Shown: positions 22,661 to 37,000, numbered from the stretch's first letter. The stretch is 64,000 bases of DNA from Azolla caroliniana (GCA_043228905.1 JBHGNT010000005.1:17856001-17920000), one strand, 5' to 3'. Program-made: numbers and translations. Notes: generated from the letters alone by a model not told the origin.

Positions 22661-23836
22661 TGATCTCTTGATGTATTTTCTGGTGTAGTCTCGTGCAATC
22701 ATCGTACATGTCCGGTCGTACATGCTTGAGCTTGACCTTGCCTTTCACTCTAGGCACTTTATATATTGGCATCTAGTCTACATCACTAATCAATCTATTT
22801 GTTAGAACATCCGGGTCAATACCCTCGAGTGACACACCATATATGTTGTGAAAGTCCTCCTTTGTCTCGCAAAATTTTGCGAAGTTCAGCACTCTAGGAT
22901 AGGGAGGAACGAGCCACATGGAATAGAAAATCAGTAATCACAATTGGTGCAAAAACAGAATTTTTAATGTGAATTTGGTGCAAAATTACAACACTTTGAG
23001 ATAGTAATCTGAAATTTGTCATCTGTCCTTTTCAACATTTATCAGAAATCAACCACTGAAAAAATAAGAAACCCTATTCAGAATTTGTCATGAGAATTGG
23101 TGCAAAATTACAACACATTAGAAATTAGTAATTGTCATGAGAATTAGTAATCAGAAATTTGTAATTAGAAATTTGTAACCAGAAACTTGTAATCTGAAAT
23201 TTGTAATTAGAAACCCTAAATCACTTAAGGAAAACACAAACCCTAATAATCACTAAAGGCAGAAATCAACCGTAATACGAAATTTTGTCAATCAGAAACA
23301 CACATGCTACTACAGCCCGATCTTCGAGATATCCTTGTTTGGGACTCCAACGACTTCGCCCTATTCGATTTTTGGGAAAGATGAATAGGCACCAAAGTTA
23401 TAGACAATTATTAGAAAGGAAAAAAAAGTTTTTTTAATATGTAATTGATACATACTTGGACGAGGATTGAATTGGTCGTGTGTTGTAGCTTTGAAGGTGC
23501 AATGTCGATCTCAGAGTTCTTGTGTTGATGCGGGAACTTCGTCTGCGTTCATGCTCAGAGTACTCCATCTGTTTGGAGTTCGAACTCAAACTTAGGATTA
23601 TCAGGAATTTGATGACATTCAAGTCCACCTTAGATGATGGCACTATTCCCCAAGTTCCACTACGTCAGAAACCAAAGTTTAAATATTTGAGTATTCTCAT
23701 AAATTAAATGATATGTATTTAACTAATAAAACATAAAATTTCGAAAACCATCCTTATGATTTGCCCACAAAAAACTAGCTAAACAAATAGCTAATTAGTT
23801 GTGGCCATTTTAATAGCTAATTAGCTATAACCAGTG
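22661..23836 (-). mobile_element. Possible terminal part of a CACTA/CACTG-type DNA transposon
   Basis: Ends ...TAGCTAATTAGCTATAACCAGTG (CACTGG on the minus strand) with subterminal satellite motifs; coding-like stretch on the minus strand at 22661-22915. Confidence 0.4.
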
Positions 23837-23843
23837 TGAGGAC

Positions 23844-24117
23844 TTGGCAATATTATTGGAAGTTGGAGATCATTCTGCAGTACTCAAATCTCATCAAAAT
23901 GAAGATTTTGAAGACTACATTGTGGTGTGCAAGCAAGGAAATACAATATTGGAACAAGTCATGAGGGATGGTTGGGGCAATATGTTCAATGTTGGTGAGT
24001 CTGTCGTGTATGGCAACTACTATGCAAAGTTGCCACAATTGAAGAACACAGCATTATTAAAAGATGCACCCACCACAATAATCTATGTTGATGCCATTAT
24101 TGAAATCAAGTTCACCA
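23844..24117 (+). pseudogene. Coding-like fragment of unknown identity, truncated by the tRNA array
   Basis: Globular-looking peptide DFEDYIVVCKQ..RDGWGNMFNVGESVVYGNYY; no convincing start codon; family not recognised. Confidence 0.35.
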
Positions 24118-26822
24118 CAACCTTGTCTTGTGGGCGAGCTTTAGTATGAGAAGTCGGCCGTGTTTCCTTACATTGATTTGCATGCTCTTTCCCTCTCTCA
24201 AAGATGAGGAGACAGTCTCTCGCATAGATTCACCATCATAATATAATTCTACATCGTAGGAGAAACCAATGTCACCCCGCATGGTCGTCTTAGCTCAGCT
24301 TGTAGAGCGCTGTCGCGTTGCTACGCGCGTGCGTGGAGAAGGGCAGGACCACAGGGGTCTTGCACTAAGGAGTAGAGGAGAAGGAATCGGACATGGTGGT
24401 ATACCTCGCACACTCAAAATAGGCAACCCCCACAATGGTGCCTTCCCTCTCCTTTTATAGCACAAGGAGGGAAGATCGTTTACAAAAGTGAGGCTAAAAT
24501 ATCCCCTTTCATTCAAAAGGGGATATTTGCCTTGATTTGGGGAGGGTGAGATTGATGGCCCCTTAACTCCCACCTCCACACAAACAACTAGGTACCTAAG
24601 TACCGCATAGTACCTCTCTCTCTCTCTCTCTCTCGCGTGGATGTGCGCACAAGACCACATCACCTTTATAACTTAGGGATCCTATGGGGCATTTCTAGCA
24701 CCATACACCTTACCCTTATTACTATTACAAATACATTATGTACGTGTGCAACGTTGCACATCGCTCTTTGGCTCTCGTTGCTCGGGTTTCCGCTTGTGGA
24801 CGAAAATCTTCACGACAGTGCGTGGCTTTTAAGTACGTGATAGTGGGTTTAATTCCCACAGACGGCGAGAAGTTCAACACATTTCTTCCTTTCCCATTCC
24901 ATACATTTGTCTTACAATATGCACACATTTAGCAACCTCGTCTTATGGGTGAGGTTCACTATGAGAAGTCGGTCGTGTTTCCCTACATTGATTTCATGCG
25001 CTTATTCTCTCTCAAAGATGAGGACAAAGTGTCTCTCCCATAGATTCACCATCATAATAAAATTCTACATCCTAGAAGAAACCAATGTCACCCCACATGG
25101 TCGTCTTAGCTCAGCTGGGAGAACTCGTGGCTTTTAACTATATAATCGTGGGTTTAATTCCCATAGATGGCGAGAAGTTCAACACATATCTTCCTTTCCC
25201 AAACTTCACTTCCCAATCCATACATTCGTTTTACAATATGAACACATTCAGCAAACTCGTCATATGGGCGAGGTTTATGAGAAGTCAATCGTGTTTCCTT
25301 ACATTGATTTCATGCTCTTATTCTCTCTCGAAGATAAGGAGAGAGTGTCTTTTGCATAGATACGCCATCATAATATAATTCCAAATCCTAGAAGAAACTA
25401 ATATCACACCGCATGGACGTCTTAGCTCAACCGGTAGAGCGTGTGGCTTTTAACCACACGGTCGTGGGTTCGATTCCAAAAGGCGGCGAAAAGCTCAACC
25501 CATCTCTTGGTTTCCCAAACTTCACTTCCCATTCCATGCATTCATTGTACAAAATGCATACATTGAGGAACCTCGGCTTGTGGGCGACGTTTAGTATGGC
25601 AACGAGGTTGTGTTTAATTACATTGAATTGCATACTCTTTTTCTCTCTTGTGTTTAATTACATTGAATTGCATACTCTTTTTCTCTCTCGAAGCTGAGGA
25701 GAGAGTATCTGTCACATAGATTCACCATCATAATATAATTCTACATCCTTTGAGAAATCAATGTCACCCTACATCGTCGTCTTAGCTCAGTCGGTAGAGC
25801 GCGTGGCTTTTAACCACATGGTCCTGAATTCGATTCCCACAGGCGGTGAGAAGTTCAACCCATCTCTTGGTTTCCCAAACTTTACTTCCCATTCCATGAA
25901 TTCGTTCTACAAAACGTATACATTGAGCAACCTCTTCTTGTGGGCACGATTTTGTATGACGAGTCGGTCGTGTCTTATTACATTGATTTGCATGCTCTTT
26001 TCCTCTCTCGAAGATGATGAGAAAATGTGTCTCGCATAGATTCACCATCTTGATATAATTCTATACACTAGAAGAAACCAATATACTACAAGGCTGTCTT
26101 AGCTCAGCCAGTAGTGCATGTGGCTTTTAACCACGTGGTCATGTGTTCGATTCCAATAGACAGCGAGTAGTTCAACCCATCTCTTGGTTTTAGAAACTTC
26201 ACTTCCCATTCCATGTAGTCATTGGAAAAAATGAGTAAATTGAACAACCTCTTCTTGTTGGTGAGGTTTAGTATGGGAAATTGGTCATGTTTAATTACCT
26301 TTAGTTGCGTGCTCTTTTCCCATTGATGGGTTGCAAGTTCAACCCATCTCTTGGTTTCCCAAACTTCACTTCCCATTCCATGCATCCGTTGTACAAAATG
26401 TATACATTGAGTAACTCTTCATGTGGGCGCGATTTAGTATGACAGGTCGGTCGTGTTTAATTACATTGATTTGCATGCTCTTTTTCTCTCTCGAAGATGA
26501 GGAGGGAGTGTGTCTCGTATAGATTCACCATCTTAATATAAATCTATACCCTAGGAAAAACTAATGTGCACCGCAAGGCCGTCTTAGCTCAGCCGGTACA
26601 TCGCCTGCCTTTTAACCACGTGGTTGTGTCTTTGATTCCCACAGACGGGGACAAGTTCAACCCATCTCTCGGTTTCACAAATTTCACTTCCCATTCCATG
26701 CATTCATTGTACAAAATGTATACATTGAGCAACTGTTCTTGTGGGCGAGATTTAGTATGACATGTCGGTTGTGTTTAATTACATTGATTTGCATGATGTT
26801 TTCCTCTCTTGAAGATGAGAAG
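24118..26822 (+). repeat. tRNA-Lys(UUU) tandem array, segment 1 (6 degenerate copies)
   Basis: Copies start at 24284 (split), 25100, 25416, 25776, 26093 and 26578, with a shared spacer. Confidence 0.95.
24311..24817 (-). mobile_element. Solo LTR (shorter B-like variant) inside a tRNA-Lys copy
   Basis: TGTCGCG...CACGACA termini; flanks GCGC/GTGC correspond to tRNA nt 24-27. Confidence 0.93.
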
Positions 26823-26910
26823 TGTTGGGAGACAGGTCCCTCCGGATGGGAAGGGAGAAGAACAATGCCGATGAACAAACTCGGCCGAGGCCGATAGGCC
26901 GGGGCCGAAA

Positions 26911-27300
26911 CCGGATGAGGAGTACCCGGCTACGGAGAGCCGGATGATACAGACCCGGTGAAGACCGGATGAGGAGTACCCGGCTATGGAGAGCCGGATG
27001 ATACAGACCCGGTGAAAACCAGATGAGGAGTATCCGGCTACGGAGAGCCGGATGATGCAGACCCGGTGAAGACCGGATGAGGAGTACCCGGCTACGAAGA
27101 GCCGGATGATGCAGACCCGGTGAAGACCGGATGAGGAGTACCCGGCTACGGAGAGCCGGATGATGCAGACCCGGTGAAGACCGGATGAGGAGTACCCGGC
27201 TACGGAGAGCCGGATGATGCAGACCCGGTGAAGACCGGATGAGGAGTACCCGGTTACGGAGAACCGGATGGTACAGACCCGGTGAGAACCGGATGAAGAG
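26911..27300 (+). repeat. 54-bp tandem repeat in the Copia LTR (~7 copies; ~4 copies at 31630-31865)
   Basis: CCGGATGAGGAGTACCCGGCTACGGAGAGCCGGATGATGCAGACCCGGTGAAGA. Confidence 0.95.
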
Positions 27301-27777
27301 ACATATTCGTAAATATGTTTCTGAGAGTCCATCGAGATTATATTTGTAAATAGCCGAAAAGTCATATTAGTATAAATATGACTTAGGGAAAACTTTTGAA
27401 GATGTTGTTGTCATTCTTGTTGAAAAGAATAGAGAGAGCGCGTAACTGTGTACAGAGAGAGAGAGAGAGAAAGAGGTCGTTGCCTCTGTTGTAACCGCCG
27501 CCTGTGGCGAAGATATGTGAGCACGAGGTCATTGCCTCAGTGAACTCACTGTTGTACATTCTTACATAGTGACATTTTGCAGCATGTGGGCTGCCGTGGT
27601 TTTTTTCCCTTAGTTTGGGGTTTTCCACATAAACCTCCTGTGTATCTTCCTCTTCTTTGTGTCGTGTTTTATTTCCCGTTTTTCTGTGTATCATTCTAAG
27701 CTCGGTTGTGGCCAAGCGTTGTGCATAAGGAGCGTTGAGTTCCCGTCAAGTGGTATCAGAGCAAAACGACACAGAAA

Positions 27778-30700
27778 ATGGACGAATCGTTTGGCGGCAT
27801 GTTCAAGCTCACCGGCTCCAACTATTCAGTGTGGAAGTGGAAGATGAGGGACATGCTCGTGGTTAAAGACCTCTGGCTGCCGTTTCAGTTCGGGGACAAG
27901 AGACCGGACAAAATCGACACTGCGATATGGGAGGTGATGCAGATGAAGACAAGGGCGTACATACGGTGCTTCATCGACATGAGCCTGTACAACAACTTCA
28001 ATGAAGAGACGAAGGCTCATGAGCTCTGGGAGAAGATCGACATAATGTTTCAGAACAAAAATGTTGTTAATCAGGTTTCGCTATTCCGGAAGCTAGTAAG
28101 ACTTCGGTACCAAGATGGCTCCAGCATGGCGGAGCACATGAATGCCTTCCAGGGGCTGATCCACCAGGCAACTTCATTGGAAGTACCTCTCGCGGATGAG
28201 GTACTAGCGTTACTCCTGCTCGGTTCCCTCTCGGATAGTTGGGAGACGTTGGTTGTCACTTTGGGCAACGCCGGGCCGGAAGGAAAGCGGTTATCCCTAG
28301 CAAGAGTAAAGTCGAGCTTGCTAGATGAGGAGGCGTGTCGGAAAGACAAAGATACGAGCTCCGACTCCAAAGCGCTTCTTACCGAATCGGAACGCGGAAG
28401 ACAAAGAAACCGTAGTCCCCAGAACCGGGAGAAGTCGGGGACACAGTCAAAGTCAAGGGGGAGGCCTACTTGCTTCTATTGCGGCAAGCCGGGACACTTC
28501 CAAAAGAACTGTCGGCACTTCCGAAAAGATAAGGAGACCGATGGTACCGATTTGAAGCAGACCCCGGACTGGAACGGTAAAGACCGGAGGGGGCCGGACT
28601 GGAAGGGAACGACGGCAATCGCGGCAAGTGAAGAGGAGTTGATGCTCATCACCGAGGAGAGTGAGATAAACCTTGCCGGCGACGAGATGACCTGGGTGGT
28701 AGACCCCGGAGCGTCGTTCCATCTTACCCCGGACCGGAAATGCTTCTCATCCTATTCAGCCGGTGATAACGGCTGTGTCCGGATGGGGAATGAAGGAACA
28801 TGCCGAATTGTCGGCATAGGAGACGTGTGGCTGACAACACCAACAGGATGAAAGTTGCTGCTGAAGGATGTCTGACACGTTCTGGAAGTCCGTCTGAACC
28901 TGATATCAGCCGGTCGGCTAGATGATGAAGGCTACACGGGTAGCATCCGGAACTGTGTCATGAAGTTCAGCAAAGGGAGCCTGATTGTGGCTCGGGCCCG
29001 GAAGGTAAACACACTGTACCTGATGAATGCTCGGTTATGTCCGGAAGAAGTGAACGTGGCATCCGACACTGCCGGTGAGCTGTGACACAAGAGGCTGTGT
29101 CATATGAGCGAGAAGGGGATGAAGAGGCTTGTAGATGACAACCTCATTCCAGTGAAGAACGTGCACTTAGAGAAGTGCACTGATTGTCTGGCCAGTAAGC
29201 AGAACCAGACCTCCTTCCGACCAAGGCCACCGATGAGACGTAATGCACCACTGGAGTTGGTGCATACGGATGTGTGTCAAGTAGACACGAAGTCACATGC
29301 CGGAGCGCAGTACTTCGTGACCTTCATAGATGACCACAGCCGGAAGCTGTGGGCCACACCGTTGAAGACAAAGGATCAGGTCCTGTTCGTTTTCAAAGAG
29401 CTCCACGCGAGAGTGGAAAGAGAAACCGGCCGGAAGCTGAAGGCGGTTCGAGCAGATAACGGAGGTGAATACTGGGGGCAGTTCGAGGAGTAATGTCGCT
29501 CGAAGGGAATCCGGCTCGAATTTACCGTACCGAAGACACCGGAACTAAACGGATTGGCCGAGAGGATGAACCGGACCATGATGGAGAGGGTCCGGAGTAT
29601 GCTAGCGCATGCAAAATTACCCAAGAAGTTTTGGGCTGAGGCACTGTCGACGACGACATATGTGATAAATAGATCACCCTCAGTACCCTTGGACGGAGAC
29701 ACGCCACAGAGAGTATGGACCGGTAAGGAAGTATCCTACCGGCATCTGAAGGTGTTCGGATGTCTCGCGTATGTGCATGTAGCTAAGGACCGGAGAGGAA
29801 AGCTAGATCCAAAGACTCGGCCATGCATATTCCTCGGTTACGGTGACGATGAGTTCGGCTCCCGAGTGTGGGACCTGGTCGACAAGAAGGTATTCCGGAG
29901 TCGAGATATTATCTTCATGGAGAACAAGACGCTCACCGACTGGGAGTCGGAGGAGAAGATAATGAACTCTGAATCGACCGGTCAGGATTGACTCTACGAT
30001 GAGCAGACCCAACCGGCAAGAGACCGGTTAGCACTCGATGGACCAGACGGTTACGGTGAGGATACCGAACGGGCTGAAGAAGAAGTAGAGGAAGCTGAAA
30101 CTGGAGCCGGCCAAGACCCCGAATCAAATTCGGATGAAGAACAGATGGATGAGCCGGTCACCGAAGCCCAGAGGCGGAGATATCCACTCAGAGAGAGAAG
30201 GGCCCCCCGGAGATTTCCGGATGCAGAGCATGTTCTGCTGACCGATGAGGGGGAGCCGGAAAGCTTCGAAGAAGTGAAGGAAGACACCCACAACCGAAAA
30301 TGGTTGAGTGCCATGCAGGATGAGATCGATTCCCTGCATGAGAACCATACGTACGAATTGGTGGAGTTGCCAAAAGGAAAGCGGGCACTCCGAAATAAGT
30401 GGGTGTACAAGTTGAAACCGGGAGAGGCCGACAAACCCCCGAGATACAAAGCCAGGATTGTGGTAAAGGGGTTCCATCAGAAAAAGGGCGTGGACTTCGA
30501 TGAGATATTTGCCCCGGTTGTAAAGATGACCTCCATCCGGACGGTGCTGATTATAGCGGCAAGCATGGACCTTGAGGTAGAGCAGTTGGACGTGAAGATG
30601 GCATTCCTTCACGGCGACCTCGATGAGGAGATCTACATGCAGCAACCGGAGGGATTTGTGGAGAAAGGGAAGGAGCACCTGGTATGCCGGTTGAAGAAGA

Positions 30701-31635
30701 GCCTCTACGGGTTGAAGCAGGCCCCCCGGCAATGGTATCGGAAGTTCGATTCCTTCATGACCGATCAAGGGTACCACAAGAGGCAGGCCAATCACTGCGT
30801 GTTTGTGAAGAAGTTTGAAGGAGGCGATTTCCTAATACTCCTTCTGTACGTGGATGACATGTTGATCGTCGGACGTGACCAAGTCAAAATACGGATGCTG
30901 AAGAAGGCTCTCAATCGGACCTTCTCAATGAAAGATTTGGGTGCGGCAAGGCAAATGTTGGGGATGCACATCATCCGGAACCGGTCAGCGAAGCAATTAT
31001 GGCAGTTAGATACGAAACCGGTCGGATCGACACTTCCGGCAAACTGCAAGCTATCTGGTAAGCAAAGCCCGAAGACGAAAGCAGAGAAGGCGGATATGAT
31101 GAAGATTCCATATGCCTCTGCCATCGGGAGCTTGATGTACGCAATGGTGTGTACCCGACCGGATATAGGATATGCAGTCGGAGTGGTGAGCCGGTTCATG
31201 AGTAATCCCGACAAGGAGCACTGGAATGCGGTCAAGTGGATACTCCAGTATTTGAAGGGCACTTCAAATATGTGTCTCCAATTCGGCTCAGGAAAACCCC
31301 AACTGAACGGTTTCATCGATTCAGGCATGTCGGCTAATGTGGATACAAGCTGGTCTAAATCCGGGTATGTAATGACATATGCAGGGGGAGCTGTTTCCTG
31401 GCAGTCGAGGCTGCAGAAGACGGTTGCATTGTCAACCACGGAGGCGGAGTTCATGGCGGCCGTGGAAGTCGGAAAGGAAATACTATGGATGAAGGGCTTC
31501 ATCGGAGAGCTCGGTATCCAGCAAGAGGAATACCGACTCTATTGCGACAGTCAAAGTGCCATCCACCTTGCTAAGAATGCGGCCTACCATTCCCGTACGA
31601 AGCATATCCAGCGGAGGTATCATTGGATCCGGTGA
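27778..31635 (+). pseudogene. gag-pol: Copia gag-pol (gag, protease, integrase, RT, RNase H) with several stops and deletions
   Basis: CFYCGKPGHFQKNC, WVVDPGASFH, LELVHTDV, YKARIVVKG, LYVDDML, STTEAEF. Confidence 0.93.
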
Positions 31636-32311
31636 AGACTGGATGAGGAGTACCCGGCTACGGAGAGCCGGATGATGCAAACTCGGTGAAGACCGGATGA
31701 GGAGTACCCGGCTACGGAGAGCCGGATGATACAGACCTGGTGAAGACCGGATGAGGAGTACCCGGCTACGGAGAACCGGATGATACAAACCCGGTGAAGA
31801 CCGGATGAGGAGTACCCGGTTACGGAGAACCGGATGGTACAGACCCGGTGAGAACCGGATGAAGAGACATATTCGTAAATATGTTTCTGAGAGTCCATCG
31901 AGATTATATTTGTAAATAGCCGAAAAGTCATATTAGTATAAATATGACTTAGGGCAAACTTTTAAAGATGTTGTCATTCTTGTTGAAAAGAATAGAGAGA
32001 GCGCGTAACTGTGTACAGAGAGAGAGAGAGAGAAAGAGGTCGTTGCCTCTGTTGTAACCGCCGCCTGTGGCGAAGATATGTGAGCACAAGGTCGTTGCCT
32101 CAGTGAACTCACTGTTGTACATTCTTACATAGTGATAGTTTGCAGCCTGTGGGCTGCCGTGGTTTTTTTCCCTTAGTTTGGGGTTTTCCACGTAAACCTC
32201 CTGTGTATCTTCCTCTTCTTTGTGTCGTGTTTTATTTCCCGTTTTTCTGTGTATCATTCTAAGCTCGGTTGTGGCCAAGCGTTGTGCATAAGGAGCGTTG
32301 AGTTCCCGTCA

Positions 32312-33344
32312 AGAAGAGAGTGTGTCTCGTATAGATTCACCAACTTAATATAATTCTATACCCTAGGAGAAACTAATGTACACCGCAAGGCCATCTTAGC
32401 TCAGTCGGTAGAGCGCGTGGCTTTTAACCACGTGGTCGTGGGTGCGATTCCCAAAGACGGCGAGAAGTTCAACCCATCTCTTGGTTTCCCAAACTTCACT
32501 TCCGATTCCATGCATTCGTTGTACAAAATGTATACATTGAGCAACTCTTCTTGTGGGCGCAATTTAGTATGACAAGTCAGTCGTGTTTAATTACATTGAT
32601 TTGCATGCTCTTTCCTCTCTCGAAAATGAGGAGAGTTTGTGTCTCATATAGATTCACCATTTTAATATAATTCTATACCCTAGAAGAAAGTAATGTACAC
32701 TTCAAGGCCGTCTTACCTCAGCCGGTAGAGCGCGTGGCTTTTAACCACGTGGTTGTGGGTTCAATTCCCACAGACTGCGAGAAGCTCAAACCATCTCTTG
32801 GTTTCCCAAACTTCATTTCCCATTCCATGCAATTGTTGTACAAAATGTTTACATTGAGCAACACTTCTTGTTGGCGCGATTTAGTATGACAAGTCAGTCG
32901 TGTCTAATTACATTGATTTGCATGTTGTTTTCCTCTCTCAAAGACGAGGAGAGAGTGTGCCTCGAATAGATTCACCATCTTAATATAATTCTATAGTCTA
33001 GGAGAAAGTAATGTACACTGCATGGCTGCCTAAGCTCAGCCGGTAGAGCACGTGGCTTTTAACAATGTGGTCGTGGGTTCTATTCGCACAGACGGCGAGA
33101 ACTTCATTTCCCATTCCATGCAGTCATTGGAAAAAATGAACACATTGAGTGACCTCTTGTTGTTGGTGAGGATTAGTATGGGAAATTGGTCGTGTTTAAT
33201 TACCTTCAGTTGCATGCTCTTTTTCTCTCTCGAAGGTGAGGAGAGATTTTCTCTCGCATAGATTCACGATCATAATATAATTCTACACCTTAGGAGAATT
33301 CAATGTACCACCTCATGGCCATCTTAGCTCAGCTAGTGGAGCGT
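32312..33344 (+). repeat. tRNA-Lys(UUU) tandem array, segment 2 (copies at 32390, 32707, 33025 and the 5' part of 33318)
   Basis: Period about 317 bp. Confidence 0.95.
32390..32462 (+). pseudogene. Near-intact tRNA-Lys(UUU) copy with acceptor and T-arm lesions
   Basis: D and anticodon arms perfect; GGTGCGA in the B box; stem mismatches. Confidence 0.75.
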
Positions 33345-34079
33345 TGTCACGAAGTTTCGTGCATGCGTGTAGAATAAGGCGGGACCACGGGGGTCTTGGA
33401 CTAGGGAGTAAATGGGAAGACGAGTATTAGCACGGTGGAAGAGATTACCACGGTAGAGAAAGTACAAAGAGACAAGATTTAAGAAGCTATGTATATTATG
33501 GGCATGAAAGCCTGAATGCGATTACAACTGCGGCCGCATGGGCCAGACTCAAAACATAAGTAGAATGTAAACCCTAATCGGATAAGTAAAGAAAGAGATG
33601 AAGAAACCCTAAACCTAATAGAAAACCCTTGACCTAAGTGGTATACCTCTTCTCACTCAAAATAGGCCACCCTTTCAATGGTACCCTTCCTCTCCTTTTA
33701 TAGCATAAGGAGAGAAAGTTGTTACAAAAGGGAGAGAGTAAATATCCCCTTCATTCAATGGGGGATATTTGCTTAGATTCTTGAAGGAGGGATTGATGGC
33801 GCCTCAACCCCTACTCACACATATTGCTATGCCCATTACTCACCTCGTACTCCTATGTACCTCTCTCTTTCTCATGTGGATGTGCACGTAAGTGGACATC
33901 ACATTTATATTTTAGGAATCTTGTGGTGCATTTCTTACAATTTACATTTGTTCTTATTAATATTTTACAAGTACATCATGTGTGTGTGCAACATTGCACA
34001 CCCCGGTTTTGCTCACTCCGCTCGGTTTTCCCCCTATGGACGAAAATCTTCACGACATCCGCCCCCACCAAACCGCACA

Positions 34080-37000
34080 TCCACTGGTATGTGCCAAGAA
34101 GGGGAAAGAGGTGAGAATTTCGGCCATGGTGATCAACCGAGTCCTTAGCGTCCTTGTCAACTTTGTCCGATTTCGTCTTCCACTTCGAGCAAGCCCATCC
34201 TTCCCACATGGACCACCGTAGCCTCCCAGTCCGCCATACCCGCCGTATGCTCTCGAACCGTCGGCTCCATCCGATCCACCATACTCGACGGAGTTTGCCG
34301 TACCACTGTCTCTGCACGATCCGCCAGACCCGGTATTCGCACACCTCTCTTTGGCTTCCTTCGTTTTCCGCGCGCAACCTTGGACCGAATCCTTGTTCTT
34401 CCCGACTATTTGCCGGATATCGCACCGTGTGCTCTTTGTCCACGCTTGTCTTGCCTGGGCCGCTTCCTCGACTCGGCACTGTCGTGCGACAAACTTCGTC
34501 ATCGATCATCCTCGTGCTTGTCGCTTGGCCCTTACGCAGCCACATCGCACGTCTCGCACTCCGCTCCGCTCCGAGTACCCTTTCGAAAAGGTACATTGCT
34601 TCCTCGACATCCGTGTCGGCTCTCTCGTCTTCGATGTCCTCCGCAACCTCCGATGTTGCCGCTTCACCCCGAGGTACACCATCTTGGTCCACCTGGCCCA
34701 CTCGACCGCACACATCCTTTGGGATGCCCCGTTTGCTCTTCACGGTGCGTGAACCTCTGTTCTCCACGCACCTCATACGTTTTCTTAGACACAATCCTTC
34801 GTTCATGCCAATCGCGCTCGTCTCGTTCCATCGATCTTGGCATCTCGTCGCGCCATCCTTCGTCCCGCGCTTGCCTCTCAAAGGCTTTTCCCGTGCGACG
34901 ATGTCGTCCTCCAAATACGTGCTCGTTCGTCGGCCCTTAGGTGACCCCACTACGTGCTCCTTGTTTCTCCCTTGCTCGTCGTGCTCTCTCGCAGTAGAGC
35001 ATATTGTCATCACGACCTTCGTGTCGGAGTCCTTTGCGGCTCTCGTTACCCCCTCATCCCAACTCACATCCTCTTGGCTTGCTTGGCCTTGCATGTCCCC
35101 CGGGATTCCACTTTCTCTCTTCCCGGTGCGTAGCCCTTTGCTCTCCGTGCACCATCCTCCACTCTTGTCGTTCAGCCGTTGATCCCGGAAATTCATTGCT
35201 CCGCCTTCCGTCCCATGCTCAACTGGACTGCTATCACCAGTCACCCGTTGCCGCTCTTCCGGGTGCATGCTCGTTCTTTGGCCCTTCGTCGGCCATAATG
35301 CATTCTTCGTCTTACACGCTCCTCCCGCCGTAGTCCCGACCTCCGCGTCGGCCTCTTCTCCCTTCGTTGTCGTAGCCCCTTTGGACTCTGGCTTATGGTC
35401 TTGGCCCCGCTCGTCCATCATTGCATGCCAGATACCCGTTCCGGTAACCTTGTCCGCTTCGGCTTCCGACTCCTCGCCGCCACCCGCTGTCTCTTTGGTC
35501 TTACATCAATCCACAACCGCCAAAGTCTCAAGGATAGGTGTGGAGGGTTCCTCTCGCTCTCGGCCTCCCACCGAGTCGTACTCCTCGTGCATGCTTGGCT
35601 TCCTTCTCGCGCTCATCGGCTCCCACCGGGTGTTGTGACCCGTATGCCTTGACCTCCAATCATGCCAGCATAGCCCTTGCCCGGATCGGTCTCGGCCGAT
35701 CAGGTTCCGGTTCGGTCGGCTCCCTTCCGTAATCGTAACCGGCCGGTAAGGGTTCGGCAAAACAATTCCGGCCTTGCCGGCTCTTCTTCCATTCGGGCCC
35801 GGTTGACCGGTCCCCGCTCCAATCTTCTTCCGCATCGTCTTCCGTTCGTGTCGGATTGCCGACCAGTTCGTCTTCCGATCGGGTCGGTTCCCGATTCTCT
35901 CCTTGTTGCCGCTCCCAGCCTCTCCTTCGGCCACTTTGGATATGTCCGTTCCGGGCTTCGCACCCTCTTCGTATGTGCCCGCTCTGGCCCACGCCTCCTC
36001 ACGGCCACCGCCCATCTCTCCAGTCTTATGCCTGCACTCGGGCACAACCGTTGTACTCTCCGGTCCCGGTGTCGAGGGATCTCTCCTCCATCTGCTATGA
36101 CCTTCCTCGTCATCGTTTCGGTCGTCTGCCTTGCTGCCGCCACCATCCGTCACTCTAGGTCTCATGCCAGCACTCGGGCCGGCCGCCGGAGTCTCTAGAA
36201 CCGGTGTGGGTAAGGTCCCGACACCGCCACTCATCATGTTCGTAGCGACCTCCGTCCGGACATTGTTGTCCATGGCTACCCCATCCCCGATTATGCAAGC
36301 CTCGATTATGCTTGCCTCCTCCTCCTCGTTCTCCTCGTCGTCGTCTCGGTTGCCTGCTTTGCAGCCGCCACCTTCCGTCTCTTTGGTCTCACGTGGGCTC
36401 TCGGGGCCGACCGTTGAAGTCTCTAGAAAAGGTGTGGGAAAAGTCCCGGTACCATCACTCACCGATGTCATGTTCGTAGCCACCTTCGTTCGGACACCGT
36501 GGTCCGTGGCTATCTCTTCCTCGATTCCGCAAGCCTCGATTATGTTTGCTACCTCCTCGTAGAATGTTTCGGGTAATCGCGTCCCGAAACTAACGCCCAC
36601 TCTCGAAGTGGTGTTCATTGCTCCATAGTTCCCGGCCTTATCCATGGCCGTCCTTTTCCTGCGAGACAAGAGGGTGGCTCGCTCCGCACCCTCTCCCATG
36701 TCACCATTGTACGCTGTTTCGGCCTCTGCATAGGCCCTGTCCATGTGTAGGGAGGCATCTTCCTCCGCATCCTCCAATCCTCTCGGGCCCGTCTCCAGAG
36801 TAGACCCTTCTTCGGCTTCGATTTGTGCCTTCACAATCTCCTACTCTTCCCGTACCAAGGCTTTGATGTCGAGCTCCACCGAACCATTCCGCGGTGAGCT
36901 TTCCTCCGTCGGTGGTGATGTGTAGTCTCTCACCATCTTCCTTTTGCTGCCGCTTGCGGGCCGTGTTGCGGACGACCGCATCTCCTCGTGTCGTCGGCAT

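Larger units (their letters stand above)
26823..32311 (+). mobile_element. Ty1/Copia element, near full length, degenerate
   Basis: TSD AGAAG; 5' LTR 26823-27748; PBS TGGTATCAGAGC (tRNA-iMet); 3' LTR 31630-32311 lacks its start and the PPT. Confidence 0.95.

Noticed and set aside
26775-27365. 196-aa ORF with 18-aa repeats (also 31620-31931)
   Set aside because: Antisense reading of the 54-bp LTR tandem repeat
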